A stretch of DNA of 64,000 nucleotides from Deltaproteobacteria bacterium (GTDB lineage Bacteria > Desulfobacterota_D > UBA1144 > Nemesobacterales > JAJCZQ01). The stretch is taken from NCBI GenBank assembly GCA_029262335.1, contig JAJCZQ010000017.1, positions 4,033 through 68,032 on the forward strand, in the 5' to 3' direction. Below the pieces are notes generated by a model. That model was not told the DNA's origin. It was given only the letters and a program-made list of their open reading frames with translations, and did not search any database. Shown in pieces: positions 18,405-30,105 of this stretch; within the stretch, counting starts at the first letter, position 1, and the number at the start of each line of letters is the position of its first letter. A program made the translations under genes and the position numbers.

Positions 18405-20351
18405 GTGAATAGGGCAAACTTGGAATCGCAAAATAACAACTCATTTAGCGGGCAGTTAGACAAAACATCATTACCCTACCTGCTGGTTTACCTGCAAAAT
18501 AGCAGGCAAACCGGTACTTTAGACATTAATTCAAAATACGAAATCTCAATTTTTACGGACCAGGGCAACCCTTATTTTGCCGCCGGGGGCAGCGGGGAAA
18601 CTCTGCTGGGCAAGATACTTTTAAATAAGAACAAGATCACAAAGTATCAGTATGACCGCGCTGTAGAGGAAATAAAAAAAGATAAGGATAAACGAATCGG
18701 TGAAATCCTTGTCAATCTTGGCATGATCACCCCACATGAACTAAACGAATATCTTGATTTGCAGCTCCGGGAGAAAATCCTCGAGACTTTCCTTTATCTT
18801 GAAGGGGATTTTAGTTTCACAGTTGACAATCAAATAAGAAACGATCTTTTTTACTCGAAATTAAATCCCTCCGAATTAATTCACGACGGATTTAACAGAT
18901 ACGTATTTGCAGCAGATACCAACCTGGACCTTCTTGATATTGAAATTAAAAGCAGTTTACAGGAGGAGATCGCCAACCTCGGCCTCGGCCCTAAAGAACT
19001 AAGGCTTGTGCAGCTGCTGGGCCAGAAAAAATCCTTAAGTGAGATAGAATCGTCGGGGCAGTTTAAAAAGGACGATCTTCTGAGGGTAATTTTACTGCTG
19101 GGCCTACATGACAGGATTGAGATAAAAAACATAAAAATTAATGACTTTTTGATTGACCTTTTCAGAAAATTTTTAGTAATGAACCCGCTTCCTAATCCAA
19201 TAGACTCAAACTACACGGTCAGGGAGAGCGAACTTACTGACCCCACCGGGGAAGTACTTTTACTTGATGATGAACTGGAGGCAACTGCAGAGAGAGAAAA
19301 GCTCTACCATAATAATAATGATGAAATAGTAGAGAATAAGGCTGAGGAAGTTTTAATCAACCTGGAAAGTGAAAGTGTCCCTAAAATTGCAGCAGAGCAT
19401 GTTGATATCCCTGCTGAAGAAAAGCCGGAAGAGATGAAATCTATAGAATTAGAACCGGAAGGCGAAGATGATCTGAAAATAAATTCTAATATCGATGGTC
19501 ATTCTTTCCAGGAATCATATGAGGGCACGCAAAAAAGTATTGACATTGAATCCGAAAAAAGCGGTTCAGAAATGAAAGGAGAGCCGTTGGCTCCTGATGA
19601 AGAGCAGCATTCTGAAAAAGACATAATCAATTTTTACGATCATATTCAGAATGAGGAAGACTACTATAAAATACTGAGTATTAAGAAAGATGCCTCGATT
19701 GATGAAGTAAAAGAAGCGTATTTTAAATCTATAAAGAAATTTCATCCCGATGCCAATATGAATTTCCCTGAAGATATAAGAATAAAGGCGGAAAGGATTT
19801 TTACAAAAGTAACCAAGGCATATGAAATCCTGAGTGATGAACACAAAAGGACTACCTTTGATGAGAAAGATGAATTAAGCAAATTCAGGGAACAGGCCAA
19901 CTCTATCTATGAAGCCGAGATAATATATTCCGAAGGAGAAATGCTGCTGAGGCAAAGAAACTTTAAGGAAGCTGAAAAGAAATTTAAAGAAGCTATTCAG
20001 CTAAACCCTGATGAATCGGCATATATTGGAATAAATGCCTGGGCAAAATACCTTGGTGCCCCGGACAAGGAAGTTGTTTACGAGGACGTAAAAAAAGAGC
20101 TTAAAAGTGCAATTGATATGGATACTAACATTGCAGAAAACTATTATTATCTTGCGTCAGTATATAAATTTTCAGAAAACCTCGGCAATGCAGAAAAATA
20201 TTTTGAAATGGCAATACAAAGAGACCCCAATTATATTGAAGCCAAGAGAGAATTAAGACTCCTTCAAAGCCGAAAAGGAAAAAGCCCCGCCCCTAAAAGT
20301 TCTTCCAAAAAAATTGAAAAAAAATTCTGGTCAGGTTTATTTAAGAAATAG
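18405..20351 (+). CDS. DUF4388-like N-domain / J-domain / TPR protein
   Basis: J-domain with HPD (DYYKILSIKKDASIDEVKEAYFKSIKKFHPD). C-terminal TPRs. N-terminal LPYLLVYLQNSRQTGTLD. GTG start. Confidence 0.7.
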   Translation: MNRANLESQNNNSFSGQLDKTSLPYLLVYLQNSRQTGTLDINSKYEISIFTDQGNPYFAAGGSGETLLGKILLNKNKITKYQYDRAVEEIKKDKDKRIGEILVNLGMITPHELNEYLDLQLREKILETFLYLEGDFSFTVDNQIRNDLFYSKLNPSELIHDGFNRYVFAADTNLDLLDIEIKSSLQEEIANLGLGPKELRLVQLLGQKKSLSEIESSGQFKKDDLLRVILLLGLHDRIEIKNIKINDFLIDLFRKFLVMNPLPNPIDSNYTVRESELTDPTGEVLLLDDELEATAEREKLYHNNNDEIVENKAEEVLINLESESVPKIAAEHVDIPAEEKPEEMKSIELEPEGEDDLKINSNIDGHSFQESYEGTQKSIDIESEKSGSEMKGEPLAPDEEQHSEKDIINFYDHIQNEEDYYKILSIKKDASIDEVKEAYFKSIKKFHPDANMNFPEDIRIKAERIFTKVTKAYEILSDEHKRTTFDEKDELSKFREQANSIYEAEIIYSEGEMLLRQRNFKEAEKKFKEAIQLNPDESAYIGINAWAKYLGAPDKEVVYEDVKKELKSAIDMDTNIAENYYYLASVYKFSENLGNAEKYFEMAIQRDPNYIEAKRELRLLQSRKGKSPAPKSSSKKIEKKFWSGLFKK

Positions 20352-20434
20352 CTTTTTTAAACATTGATTCACAGATTTACAGTTCCTTTATTAATTTTGA
20401 GAAGTTTGCAGTCAAATTTTCTTGAACTTAACTT

Positions 20435-23400
20435 ATGCGTATTAAATCATTAGAACTTATAGGATTTAAATCCTTCTACAACAAAACAAAACTTGAGCTA
20501 AGTAACGGCATTAATGCGGTCGTAGGCCCCAATGGCTGCGGCAAGTCCAATATCATTGACGCAATGAGATGGGTACTCGGGGAACAAAACCCCAGGATGC
20601 TCAGGGCGGAAAGCATGGAAGAGCTCATTGCCAACGGCACGGATCTATTAAAGCCGCTTGGTATGGCTGAGGTCTCACTCGTAGTAGAAAACCTGCCGGG
20701 CCTGGGCTTTGAAGAAGTGAATATTAAAAGAAGGTATTACCGTTCCGGTGATAGCGAATACACGATCAACGGAGTTAAGTGCAGGCTCAAGGATATCACA
20801 GAACTTTTTCTTGATACCGGTGCCGGTGCCAGGGGATATTCAATTATTGGCCAGGGTAAGGTTGAAGAGTTTATTACTGCCAAACCTGAAGACAAAAGAA
20901 GGCTGATTGAAGAAGTAGCGGGTGTTGTAAAGTATAAAACAAGAAGAAAAGAGACCCAGAGCAGGATTGAGTCCACAAGGGAAAACCTCAGCAGGGTTTC
21001 CGATATGACAAGGGAAGTATCGAGGCAGATGGAAAGCCTCAGCAGGCAGGCAGAAGAAGCAGAGGAGTATAAAAAACTTACAGAACACCTTAAACTGCTG
21101 GAGTTAAACATACTTCGGTTTCGTTTGAATAAGCTTACAAACGAGAACAACAATCTTGAAACGCAAAAAGCCAAGCTCGGTGTATTAATAAACGAACTAA
21201 GCGAGAAAAGAGAGCAGGGAAGCCAGGCCTTAAGGGACTCCGAGTCTGCAAACAGTAGATTTAATGAAGAAATAAACAGCTTTGAAAATGATATCTATAC
21301 ACTTAAAACAGAAATTAATGAAAAGAATTCATACCAGGAATATGTTAAAAAAGAATCAGCAGGAATTGACGAATATATTAACAGGCTCAAAAAAGAGATC
21401 GCATCAATTGAGTCCGAAAAAAATGAGATAAGAGAGACAGTAGCCAACAAAAGAACTTATCTCCAGCGTAACGAAGAAGAAAAAAAGGGTTTTCAAAACG
21501 AGCTCCAGTCACTTGAAAGTGATTTGGAAAACCTTCGCCAGAAATCCACCAATAATAAAACCGAACTGGATAATACAAAATCCGTACTTTATGAGATTCT
21601 GAATAACTACAGCTCCATAAAAGGTTCTGCGGTAGGTATCGGCAAGGAGCTTGAGGAACTGAAGTCAAGGCGTCTAAGGCTTGATGCAGAAATAGAAAAC
21701 ATTTCGGTCAATGTAAACGATTGTAATACAAGGCTTAGCGGCCTTAAAAATGAGATTGAACAGCTGCAGAATGAAAAAGGCAGTTTCCAGCAAAATAAAG
21801 ACACACTCGTAAATACATACCTTTCCAACAAACGGATGTTTGAAACTGGTATGGAAGAAAATAACAGCATGAGAGAGAGATTAAACGATGCCCTCTCCAA
21901 GATTGAAATACTGAATGATGTTCAGTCCAAATACGAATGGCTCCCCGAAGCTGTAAGGGAATTTCTGGTTGAAAACAAAATTGACGGTGTACTGGGCGTT
22001 GTTTCTGATTTTGTCCAGGTGCCTGAAAATTATGAAAAAGCACTTGAAGCAGCATTAGGCGAGAAATCCAACTGGGTTATTGTAAGAGGCAGTGATGATG
22101 CACTATCTGCAATTGACCTTTTAAAAGGATCTTCATCCGGCCGCGGTACATTCTTCCCTGTTACAAACAGGGACTACCCAAAGTCTTCAGTCCCGGGAAA
22201 CACGAATTATAAAAAAATGAGCGACCTTGTTAATGTAAGGGAAATAGACAGGCAGTTTATTGAATCAATTCTTGACTCAGTCTACGTTGTTTCGAGCCTT
22301 GACGGGGCTATCAAATTAAGGGCCGAGCTTGGTTCCGGAGTATCTGCCGTAACTATGGACGGCAGTTTTGTTGACAGCTATGGTGCTATCTCCGGCGGGT
22401 TTACAACTGGCGGCGTTTTTGAAAGAAAAAGAGAGATTGAAGGCCTTGAAGTACTTTCAGCGGACCTGAAAGAAAAAGTTAGTGTTAATAAAACTAAACT
22501 CGATAACCTCGGGATTGAGATTCAAAAAAACAACAGCGAAATTGAAAACCTCGACAGGGTCCTTCGTGAAAAAGAGTTAAAAGCCGTGGAAATAGACCGC
22601 GACATTTCAAACCTTAAACTTACCATAAAAGAAAACATTGAAAGAAGAGAACGTTTTGAGTCCGAAACAAGGGAAGTTGATGAGCAGATTACATCAAAGA
22701 ATCAGCAGGTAGAGGAGTTTAGCCAAAAACTTACAAATATTGAAAAAGAGAGAGAAGAGCTGGACCAGAGGTTTGCCCGGTTTGAAGATATAGTAAAGAA
22801 CTATGAAAACAGGGAAAAACTTATTGAGCAGGACATTACGGGCCTGAAAGTAAAATCAGCCTCAATCATTGAGACAGAAAGGCTTGTGGAAAGAGAGATA
22901 AACGAACTGCTTGAAAGGGACACCAGGCTTTCCGATAAGATAATTAGTGAAAAAGAAGAGATAAATACCAAGGATAAAGAAAAAGAGGAACTGCTAAGTA
23001 ATGGCCAGGCCTCAAAGGAGCAGGTTGAGACGCTGGGGCAGCAGTTGGTATTTAAGGAAAAAGAACTTCATGAAATTAAGGCAAACCGGGAAAAATCTGC
23101 CGAAAGCCTTATGGACAGCAGACAGGCGATGGAGAATATTGACCAGGAACTAATAAGGTTGAAAGACGATTCTTCCTCCATAGAGATTAAAGCCAACGGG
23201 GTAACACTCGAGATTGTCCATATAAATGAACAGGTACAGAAAATAACAGGTGAAGAAGAAATAAACCTGAGTGATACGGTAGAAGACCAGGGCAGTTTTA
23301 ACCTCGTCGAATCAACCAGGGAGTACAACAAACTCAAAAAACGGGTTGATAGTTTCGGGTTGGTAAATCTGCTTGCACCGGAAGAGTATAAGAAACTCGA

Positions 23401-23953
23401 AGAAAGATTTAATTTCCTTACAGAACAGACTGAGGACCTTGAAAGTGCGCTTGAATCACTGGTAAAGGCGATTAATAAACTGGACAGGGAATCAATTACA
23501 CGATTTAAAGAAGCGTTTGACCTTATAAACAACAGATTTCAGGACATTGTAGGCAAACTGTTTAAAGGCGGAGAAGGTAAGCTCGTAATTACTGACCCCG
23601 AAGATCTTCTTAATACGGGTATTGAGGTCATGGTAAGGCCGGGCGGAAAGAAAATGCAGTCAATCACCCTGCTTTCCGGCGGTGAAAAAGCATTATCGGC
23701 CATTGCATTAATAATATCTGCATGTTTTGTTAAGCCCGTACCATTCCTGTTGCTGGATGAGATTGACGCTCCATTGGATGAAACAAATACCGCAAGGTTT
23801 GCACAGCTTGTGAAAGAGATATCCAGGGATTCCCAGGTTGTGATAATTACACATAATAAGTCCACAATGATGGATGTTGATACACTTGTCGGAATAACGG
23901 CTGGTAAGTCTGTTGCTTCCAAAGTTGTTTCAGTAGAACTAAATGCAGCATAA
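20435..23953 (+). CDS. smc: Chromosome segregation protein SMC
   Basis: Walker A (GPNGCGKSN), long coiled coils, hinge, C-terminal LSGGEKALSAIALI signature and Walker B (LLLDEIDAPLD). 1172 aa. Confidence 0.95.
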   Translation: MRIKSLELIGFKSFYNKTKLELSNGINAVVGPNGCGKSNIIDAMRWVLGEQNPRMLRAESMEELIANGTDLLKPLGMAEVSLVVENLPGLGFEEVNIKRRYYRSGDSEYTINGVKCRLKDITELFLDTGAGARGYSIIGQGKVEEFITAKPEDKRRLIEEVAGVVKYKTRRKETQSRIESTRENLSRVSDMTREVSRQMESLSRQAEEAEEYKKLTEHLKLLELNILRFRLNKLTNENNNLETQKAKLGVLINELSEKREQGSQALRDSESANSRFNEEINSFENDIYTLKTEINEKNSYQEYVKKESAGIDEYINRLKKEIASIESEKNEIRETVANKRTYLQRNEEEKKGFQNELQSLESDLENLRQKSTNNKTELDNTKSVLYEILNNYSSIKGSAVGIGKELEELKSRRLRLDAEIENISVNVNDCNTRLSGLKNEIEQLQNEKGSFQQNKDTLVNTYLSNKRMFETGMEENNSMRERLNDALSKIEILNDVQSKYEWLPEAVREFLVENKIDGVLGVVSDFVQVPENYEKALEAALGEKSNWVIVRGSDDALSAIDLLKGSSSGRGTFFPVTNRDYPKSSVPGNTNYKKMSDLVNVREIDRQFIESILDSVYVVSSLDGAIKLRAELGSGVSAVTMDGSFVDSYGAISGGFTTGGVFERKREIEGLEVLSADLKEKVSVNKTKLDNLGIEIQKNNSEIENLDRVLREKELKAVEIDRDISNLKLTIKENIERRERFESETREVDEQITSKNQQVEEFSQKLTNIEKEREELDQRFARFEDIVKNYENREKLIEQDITGLKVKSASIIETERLVEREINELLERDTRLSDKIISEKEEINTKDKEKEELLSNGQASKEQVETLGQQLVFKEKELHEIKANREKSAESLMDSRQAMENIDQELIRLKDDSSSIEIKANGVTLEIVHINEQVQKITGEEEINLSDTVEDQGSFNLVESTREYNKLKKRVDSFGLVNLLAPEEYKKLEERFNFLTEQTEDLESALESLVKAINKLDRESITRFKEAFDLINNRFQDIVGKLFKGGEGKLVITDPEDLLNTGIEVMVRPGGKKMQSITLLSGGEKALSAIALIISACFVKPVPFLLLDEIDAPLDETNTARFAQLVKEISRDSQVVIITHNKSTMMDVDTLVGITAGKSVASKVVSVELNAA

Positions 23954-24057
23954 TATAATAACCCCTTGTCAAAACCTTCTTCATTATTAAACTGTTATAA
24001 ACATATTTAAGCCTCATACTATTCACTGTTTTTACATTTAACGGAGTATTAATAAAG

Positions 24058-26913
24058 ATGATATCGTTTATTTTAAAGAAAATTGTCGGATCGCAGAACG
24101 AAAGAGAGATAAAGAAATTCCTGGGGATTGTAGAACAGATCAACTCCCTGGAATCCGAGATTATTAAACTGCCGAATGCCGATTTGCAAAGCAAGACAGA
24201 GCAGTTCAAAGAAACAATTAAAAAAGAGGCCGGGCTGGACGGTAACTTCAGGGATGAAAAGTACTTTAATGCACTTCAGGAATCCGTTGAAAAAATACTG
24301 CCGGAGGCATTTGCCGTTGTAAGGGAAGTTGGAAGACGTACCCTCGGGATGAGGCATTTTGATGTGCAGCTCGTGGGGGGGATGGTCCTTCATAATGGCC
24401 GTATTGCCGAGATGAAGACTGGTGAAGGTAAAACACTTGTTGCAGCACTTCCGCTGTATATAAACGGTTTAACGGGATTTGGTGCACACCTTATTACTGT
24501 AAACGATTACCTTGCCGCTAGGGACGCAACCTGGATGGGCTCAATCTATCATTTCCTCGGACTTGATGTTGGGGTCATTAACCACGACGTATCGTATACC
24601 GTGGAATGGGAAGACCCTGAAAGGGCAAATGAGGCAATTGAAAAAAACCTTTCCGTATGGCCAAACGAATATGTAGACCTTGAACTTCCGCCTGAGAAAA
24701 ACTTTGATGTACTTTCTGCTTTTAAAACTACCCTTGTACCATGTTCGAGAAAGGAAGCGTACGGGGCAAATATTTCATACGGCACAAACAACGAGTTCGG
24801 GTTTGATTACCTTAGAGACAATATGAAATTCTCCCTTGATGACTATGTGCAAAGGGACCATTTCTTTTCCATAGTTGATGAGGTCGACAGTATCCTGATA
24901 GATGAAGCGAGGACGCCGCTTATTATTTCCGGCCCTTCCGAAAACTCCACCGAGCTATACTACGATGTGGATAAAGTGGTCAAGGGACTAAAACTGGATG
25001 AAGATTTTACAATAGATGAAAAATCAAAGCAGGTAAATCTGTCTGAAAACGGTACGGAAAAACTGGAAAAACTTTTAAACGTAACCAATTTATATGACCC
25101 AACTAATCTTGAAATGCTCCACCATGTAAACCAGGCACTTAGGGCCCATCACCTCTTTAAGATCGATGTGGACTATATGATCAAGGACGGGATGGTTGTG
25201 ATAGTGGACGAGTTTACCGGAAGACTTATGCCGGGAAGGAGATGGAGCGACGGACTGCACCAGGCCGTGGAAGCAAAGGAAAACGTGGATATCGAAAGTG
25301 AAAACCAGACTCTTGCAACAATCACAATTCAGAACTATTTCAGAATGTACAAAAAGCTTGCCGGTATGACAGGTACTGCAGATACAGAAGCAGCGGAATT
25401 TAAAAACATCTATAAACTTGATGTAAACGTGGTCCCGACTCATAAACCACTTGCGAGAATGGACAACAATGATGCCATATACAAGACTGAAGATGAAAAA
25501 TACAACGCTGTATGCGAGAGCATTCGCGAGTTAAATGATAATGGTGTACCGGTGCTTGTTGGTACTGCTTCAATCGAACAGTCGGAACTTATCAGTAAAT
25601 ATCTTGAGAAACATAAACTTTCACACAACGTGCTTAACGCAAAGCAGCATTCCAGGGAAGCCGAGGTTATTGCACAGGCCGGCAGGATAGGGGCAATCAC
25701 AATTGCTACTAATATGGCTGGTAGGGGTACGGATATCCTGCTTGGAGGAAATCCTGATTTTCTTGTTAAGGATATATTAAAGAAAGACTACAAAGTAGAT
25801 GTGGAAAAAGCTGACCCCCAGCAGTACGAAGAGGCCATGGCAGAAGCACGGGAGATTTGTGATTCGGAAAAATCCAGGGTTATCGAACAGGGCGGGCTTC
25901 ACATCGTAGGGACCTGCAGGCACGAATCCCGAAGGATTGATAATCAGCTCAGGGGTAGGGCAGGAAGACAGGGTGACCCCGGAAATTCCAGGTTCTTTAT
26001 ATCCCTCCAGGACGATTTAATGAGAATTTTTGCTTCTGACAGGATCGCCGGGATTATGGATAAAATGGGCTGGGAAGAAGGCGAGCCCATAGAGCACAAG
26101 ATGATTACCAGATCGATTGAAAATGCACAGAAGAAAGTGGAAGGCAGAAACTTTGATACAAGGAAACACCTTCTTGAATATGATGATGTACTAAACACAC
26201 AAAGGGACGCTGTTTATTCGCTCAGAAAGGAGATACTGCTCGGAGGGGAAACACTTAAAGAGCATTTTTACAGTATTGTAGATGTCTTGATTGACGAACT
26301 TATCACGGACTATCTGCCTGAAAGTATTGAGTCGGATACTGATTTTACAGAATTTAAAGAAGCAATAAACAGGGTGTTCAATATTAATTTTGAGATTGGC
26401 GATGAGATTGGAGATAACCTCAATGCTGAAAATCTTTCTGAGTTTTTAAAGGCAAAGACAAGAGAGTATTATGAACATAAAGAGTCTGAAATAGGTGCCG
26501 ATGTATTAAGGCACGTGGAAAGATACATAATGCTTCAGACGCTCGATTACCTGTGGAAAGACCACCTGCTCAGTATGGACCATTTACGTGAAGGCATCGG
26601 CCTTCGTGGATATGCACAAAAAGACCCGCTCTATGAGTACAAAAAAGAAGGGTTTGATATGTTCTCTTCCATTGTTACAAGGTTTAATGAAGAGGTGTGC
26701 GAAAAGTTGTTTAAAGTACAGCCCGTAAGTGACGTTGATATGAAGCGTATGGAAGAAAAGAGAAAGCAGGAAGAAGAGAAAATGGTACTTGGAAGGGGCG
26801 AAGACCAGGGGGATGAGGTCAAGCAGCCCGTAAGGCGCGGAAAGAAGATCGGAAGGAATGACCCTTGCCCGTGCGGCAGCGGCAAGAAGTACAAGAAATG
26901 CCACGGTAAGTAG
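24058..26913 (+). CDS. secA: Preprotein translocase ATPase SecA
   Basis: KTGEGKT Walker [21 protein letters not shown]-terminal zinc finger [14 protein letters not shown]. 951 aa. Confidence 0.97.
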   Translation: MISFILKKIVGSQNEREIKKFLGIVEQINSLESEIIKLPNADLQSKTEQFKETIKKEAGLDGNFRDEKYFNALQESVEKILPEAFAVVREVGRRTLGMRHFDVQLVGGMVLHNGRIAEMKTGEGKTLVAALPLYINGLTGFGAHLITVNDYLAARDATWMGSIYHFLGLDVGVINHDVSYTVEWEDPERANEAIEKNLSVWPNEYVDLELPPEKNFDVLSAFKTTLVPCSRKEAYGANISYGTNNEFGFDYLRDNMKFSLDDYVQRDHFFSIVDEVDSILIDEARTPLIISGPSENSTELYYDVDKVVKGLKLDEDFTIDEKSKQVNLSENGTEKLEKLLNVTNLYDPTNLEMLHHVNQALRAHHLFKIDVDYMIKDGMVVIVDEFTGRLMPGRRWSDGLHQAVEAKENVDIESENQTLATITIQNYFRMYKKLAGMTGTADTEAAEFKNIYKLDVNVVPTHKPLARMDNNDAIYKTEDEKYNAVCESIRELNDNGVPVLVGTASIEQSELISKYLEKHKLSHNVLNAKQHSREAEVIAQAGRIGAITIATNMAGRGTDILLGGNPDFLVKDILKKDYKVDVEKADPQQYEEAMAEAREICDSEKSRVIEQGGLHIVGTCRHESRRIDNQLRGRAGRQGDPGNSRFFISLQDDLMRIFASDRIAGIMDKMGWEEGEPIEHKMITRSIENAQKKVEGRNFDTRKHLLEYDDVLNTQRDAVYSLRKEILLGGETLKEHFYSIVDVLIDELITDYLPESIESDTDFTEFKEAINRVFNINFEIGDEIGDNLNAENLSEFLKAKTREYYEHKESEIGADVLRHVERYIMLQTLDYLWKDHLLSMDHLREGIGLRGYAQKDPLYEYKKEGFDMFSSIVTRFNEEVCEKLFKVQPVSDVDMKRMEEKRKQEEEKMVLGRGEDQGDEVKQPVRRGKKIGRNDPCPCGSGKKYKKCHGK

Positions 26914-26915
26914 AG

Positions 26916-27863
26916 ATGGATAAAGAGCTAAACGGTATTTCCGAAAAAATAGCTGCTCTTAAAAGCAATATAAAAAATCATATAAAAGGTAAAGACAGTG
27001 TTATTGATAACTGTCTGTGCGCCCTGTTTTCAAACGGCCATGTGCTGATTGAGGATATCCCGGGTGTTGGTAAAACAACACTTGCCCACACACTTGCCCT
27101 TTCAATAAATCTTGAGTTCAACAGGATACAGTTTACAAGTGACCTTCTGCCCTCGGACATTATAGGTGTCTCGGTATATGATCAGAGCACAAAGGAGTTT
27201 GTCTTTAATAAAGGGCCGATATTTGCAAATATTATACTTGCCGATGAAATTAACCGTACTACCCCTAAAACACAGAGTTCACTGCTCGAAGCGATGAATG
27301 AATCAAGTGTCACCGTGGAAGGCAGCAGGTACGATCTTGAACATCCCTTTATGGTAATCGCAACGCAAAACCCTTTTGAATATCATGGGACTTTCCCGCT
27401 TCCTGAAAGCCAGCTGGACAGGTTTGCCATTAAACTGAGCATGGGATACCCGGACAGGGAGAGCGAAAAAATAATTCTCTCCGATAAAAACAGGTCTAAA
27501 CATGAACAAAGAGTATCGCCTGTAATAAGTGCTGAAGAGCTGACCACGATACAGCAGGCTGTGGAAAATGTGCACATTGAAGAAGATGTACTTGATTATC
27601 TCCTCGCAATTGTTGATAAGACAAGAGAAAGTGAGATATTTGAATTGGGGGTAAGCCCAAGAGGTGCTATCATATTAAAGAGACTTGCGATGGCAAGGGC
27701 CGTACTTGAAAACAGAACATACTGCATACCCGATGATATTAAGAAGATGGTTATACCGGCTTTCTCTCACAGGATAGTGCTGAGAAATGCTTCGCAAACG
27801 GGAGCAGGTAAAGAGAGTGAAGCTTTAACAAATTTATTAAGGGAAGTTACAGTACCGGTGTGA
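26916..27863 (+). CDS. MoxR-family AAA+ ATPase
   Basis: GHVLIEDIPGVGKT Walker A, ILLADEINR Walker B, characteristic MoxR length of 315 aa. Confidence 0.9.
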   Translation: MDKELNGISEKIAALKSNIKNHIKGKDSVIDNCLCALFSNGHVLIEDIPGVGKTTLAHTLALSINLEFNRIQFTSDLLPSDIIGVSVYDQSTKEFVFNKGPIFANIILADEINRTTPKTQSSLLEAMNESSVTVEGSRYDLEHPFMVIATQNPFEYHGTFPLPESQLDRFAIKLSMGYPDRESEKIILSDKNRSKHEQRVSPVISAEELTTIQQAVENVHIEEDVLDYLLAIVDKTRESEIFELGVSPRGAIILKRLAMARAVLENRTYCIPDDIKKMVIPAFSHRIVLRNASQTGAGKESEALTNLLREVTVPV

Positions 27864-27870
27864 AATAAAA

Positions 27871-28143
27871 ATGAACAAAGGACCGGAAATAAAAATATAC
27901 CAGGCTAAATCATCGCCATTATTGACAATATTTGTAATATTAATTGTTATAGCGGGGATTTCGCTATTCTTCTTTTTTGGTTTTATAGCCCTTATAGTTG
28001 CGGGCATACTTGCGATAGGGACCTCGCTGTACAGGTTCTTCATTCCAAAAAAACCAGATAAATTTAAAGATTATGACCCAAGGACAGGGACTATAACCCT
28101 CGAAGAAACTGATTACGAAATCACTGATAACGACAAGCAGTAA
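27871..28143 (+). CDS. Small membrane protein
   Basis: Two predicted TM helices. 90 aa. Confidence 0.4.
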   Translation: MNKGPEIKIYQAKSSPLLTIFVILIVIAGISLFFFFGFIALIVAGILAIGTSLYRFFIPKKPDKFKDYDPRTGTITLEETDYEITDNDKQ

Positions 28144-28168
28144 ATTAACCTTCTGATTTTTTCCGATA

Positions 28169-29470
28169 ATGCAGATACCTGTACTCAAAAGAGAGGTTGG
28201 GCCAAAAGGGGCAACAATAATTGGCCTTGGTTCAATGCTTGGGACAGGTGTATATATTGCCCTTGGACTTGCGTCGGGCCTCGTTGGATACTACATTTTC
28301 CTCTCTATTCTTATTGCAGGCGGGCTTGCTATATGCAACGGTTTTTCAAGCGCCCAGCTGGCTGCTAATCATCCGACCAGCGGGGGAAGCTACGAATTCG
28401 GCAGGATACACCTAAGCAAGGAAATAGGTTTTGTTGCAGGATGGGTGTTTATTTTTGCCAAAGGTGCTTCAGCTGCCGCAGCCTCTCTTGCAATAGCCTG
28501 GTATTTGAGATCATATTTCAATATAGAATACGAGCATTTTGATAAACTGCTTCCAGTGGTCACCATTTTTATACTCGGATGCATTATTCAGATGGGACTC
28601 AGGATTACCATAATTGTTAATACGGTAATCGTTTTAATTACGGTTATAACGCTTGTAAGCATAATAGTCTTCGGACTGTTTCTTGCACATAAAACAGGTA
28701 ATGTTCAGTTAACCACACTTCCCATGCATTTTTCGGACACGCAGTTCTTCTCATCATTTCTTTACGCTACTTCAATAGTGTTTGTGGCTTTTACGGGCTA
28801 CAGCAGGATAGCGACAATGGCTGAGGATATGAAGTCACCCGGTACAACAATAAGGTTTGCAATATTCTTTTCAATACTGATAGTGATGTTTTTGTATATC
28901 GGAGTTGCACTCACGGGGCTTTCTGTACTCGGCCCGGACAGTTTTTCTGATTTTTCTGTTAACAACGTTGCACCATTATTCGGCATTGCTGATGGTCTTA
29001 GTTCCAGGTTTTTGATGATTCTTGTTTCAATAGGTGCGGTTACCGCGATGCTTGGGGTTATGCTGAACCTTTTACTTGGAGTTTCAAGGGTCTTTCTTGC
29101 CATGGGAAGAAACGGAGACATGCCCCGGTTCCTTGCCACTATAAAAAATTCAAACCCAATCTACGCAACTATATTTGCATGCATTGTGGTTCTTGCCCTG
29201 ATGCTAATAGGAGATATTAAATCAAACTGGTCACTGAGTGCTTTTAAAGTGCTGGTTTATTATGCTATAACAAACCTTGCGGCATTAAAGCTGAAACCGG
29301 AGGACAGGTTTTTCCCCAGGTGGGTGTCTTACCTCGGGCTTTCGGGATGCCTGCTGCTCGTGGTTTTCTTTGAACACAAGACACTGCTCCAGGGAAGCAA
29401 ACTGATACTTGCAGGTATTATCTGGTTTTATGTCTTCCTTCTAATTAACCGTTTCAGGGTTTCCGGCTAA
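28169..29470 (+). CDS. APC-superfamily amino acid permease
   Basis: About 12 TM segments. Glycine-rich N-terminal helix IIGLGSMLGTGVYIALG typical of APC transporters. Confidence 0.7.
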   Translation: MQIPVLKREVGPKGATIIGLGSMLGTGVYIALGLASGLVGYYIFLSILIAGGLAICNGFSSAQLAANHPTSGGSYEFGRIHLSKEIGFVAGWVFIFAKGASAAAASLAIAWYLRSYFNIEYEHFDKLLPVVTIFILGCIIQMGLRITIIVNTVIVLITVITLVSIIVFGLFLAHKTGNVQLTTLPMHFSDTQFFSSFLYATSIVFVAFTGYSRIATMAEDMKSPGTTIRFAIFFSILIVMFLYIGVALTGLSVLGPDSFSDFSVNNVAPLFGIADGLSSRFLMILVSIGAVTAMLGVMLNLLLGVSRVFLAMGRNGDMPRFLATIKNSNPIYATIFACIVVLALMLIGDIKSNWSLSAFKVLVYYAITNLAALKLKPEDRFFPRWVSYLGLSGCLLLVVFFEHKTLLQGSKLILAGIIWFYVFLLINRFRVSG

Positions 29471-29752
29471 TACTGACTCATGTCTCTTTAGAATATTAAG
29501 GAGCTGTACCGCACCGAGTTCGAGAAGAAGCCAGGCTGTCATAATGGGGAACGAGTCGGGATTGTTTAATTTAAACTGAAAATACAGTCCAAACAGCACT
29601 CCTCCAAAACCGGGGACAATACCAAAAATCCTGATTAGAATCCTGAAAGTACCGAGGGCGTTGGGGTTGTGAACTGCCATCCTCAAAAAAATTACATTTA
29701 AAAACAGTAAAAGTAATGCTGCAGAATATGATCCTATTACGTAGTTGCTCAT
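29441..29752 (-). CDS. Small membrane protein (hypothetical)
   Basis: Three hydrophobic segments. Overlaps the permease 3' end by 30 nt. Uncertain. Confidence 0.35.
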   Translation of the reverse strand: MSNYVIGSYSAALLLLFLNVIFLRMAVHNPNALGTFRILIRIFGIVPGFGGVLFGLYFQFKLNNPDSFPIMTAWLLLELGAVQLLNILKRHESVLAGNPETVN

Positions 29753-30048
29753 GAGTTAAATGCTCCTTCGATTTCACCTGCGAGGTTAAAGTCTTTTTCC
29801 GTAAGGCCGCCGTCACTGTGTGTTGAGAGTGTGATCTTTACCTTGCTGTACTGGATCAGGATGTCGGGGTGGTGGTCGGCTTTTTCTGCAAGTATTGCGA
29901 TCTTGTTTACAAAACCTATTGAAGCTATGAAATTGCTAAGCTTAAAACTCTTTACAATTTCATTGCCGGCCCTTTCCCATCCGTTGAGATTTGCCAGATT
30001 ATTATTGATTTCAGTGTCGTTTAGTAACGCCATATATAACTCCTCCAT
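29749..30048 (-). CDS. Pterin-4a-carbinolamine dehydratase
   Basis: NGWER...EKADHHPDI...Y motif of PCD/DCoH. 99 aa. Confidence 0.85.
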   Translation of the reverse strand: MEELYMALLNDTEINNNLANLNGWERAGNEIVKSFKLSNFIASIGFVNKIAILAEKADHHPDILIQYSKVKITLSTHSDGGLTEKDFNLAGEIEGAFNS

Positions 30049-30105
30049 TCTGTTAGCTATTTCATTATAGTTTAAAATCTGTTTAAATTAAATGGGGAAT
30101 GAAAA

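Noticed and set aside
20737-23922. Multiple 80-150-aa antisense ORFs within smc and secA (for example 20737..21174, 23068..23532, 25090..25443).
   Set aside because: S/L-rich translations lie opposite highly conserved housekeeping genes with no independent signals.
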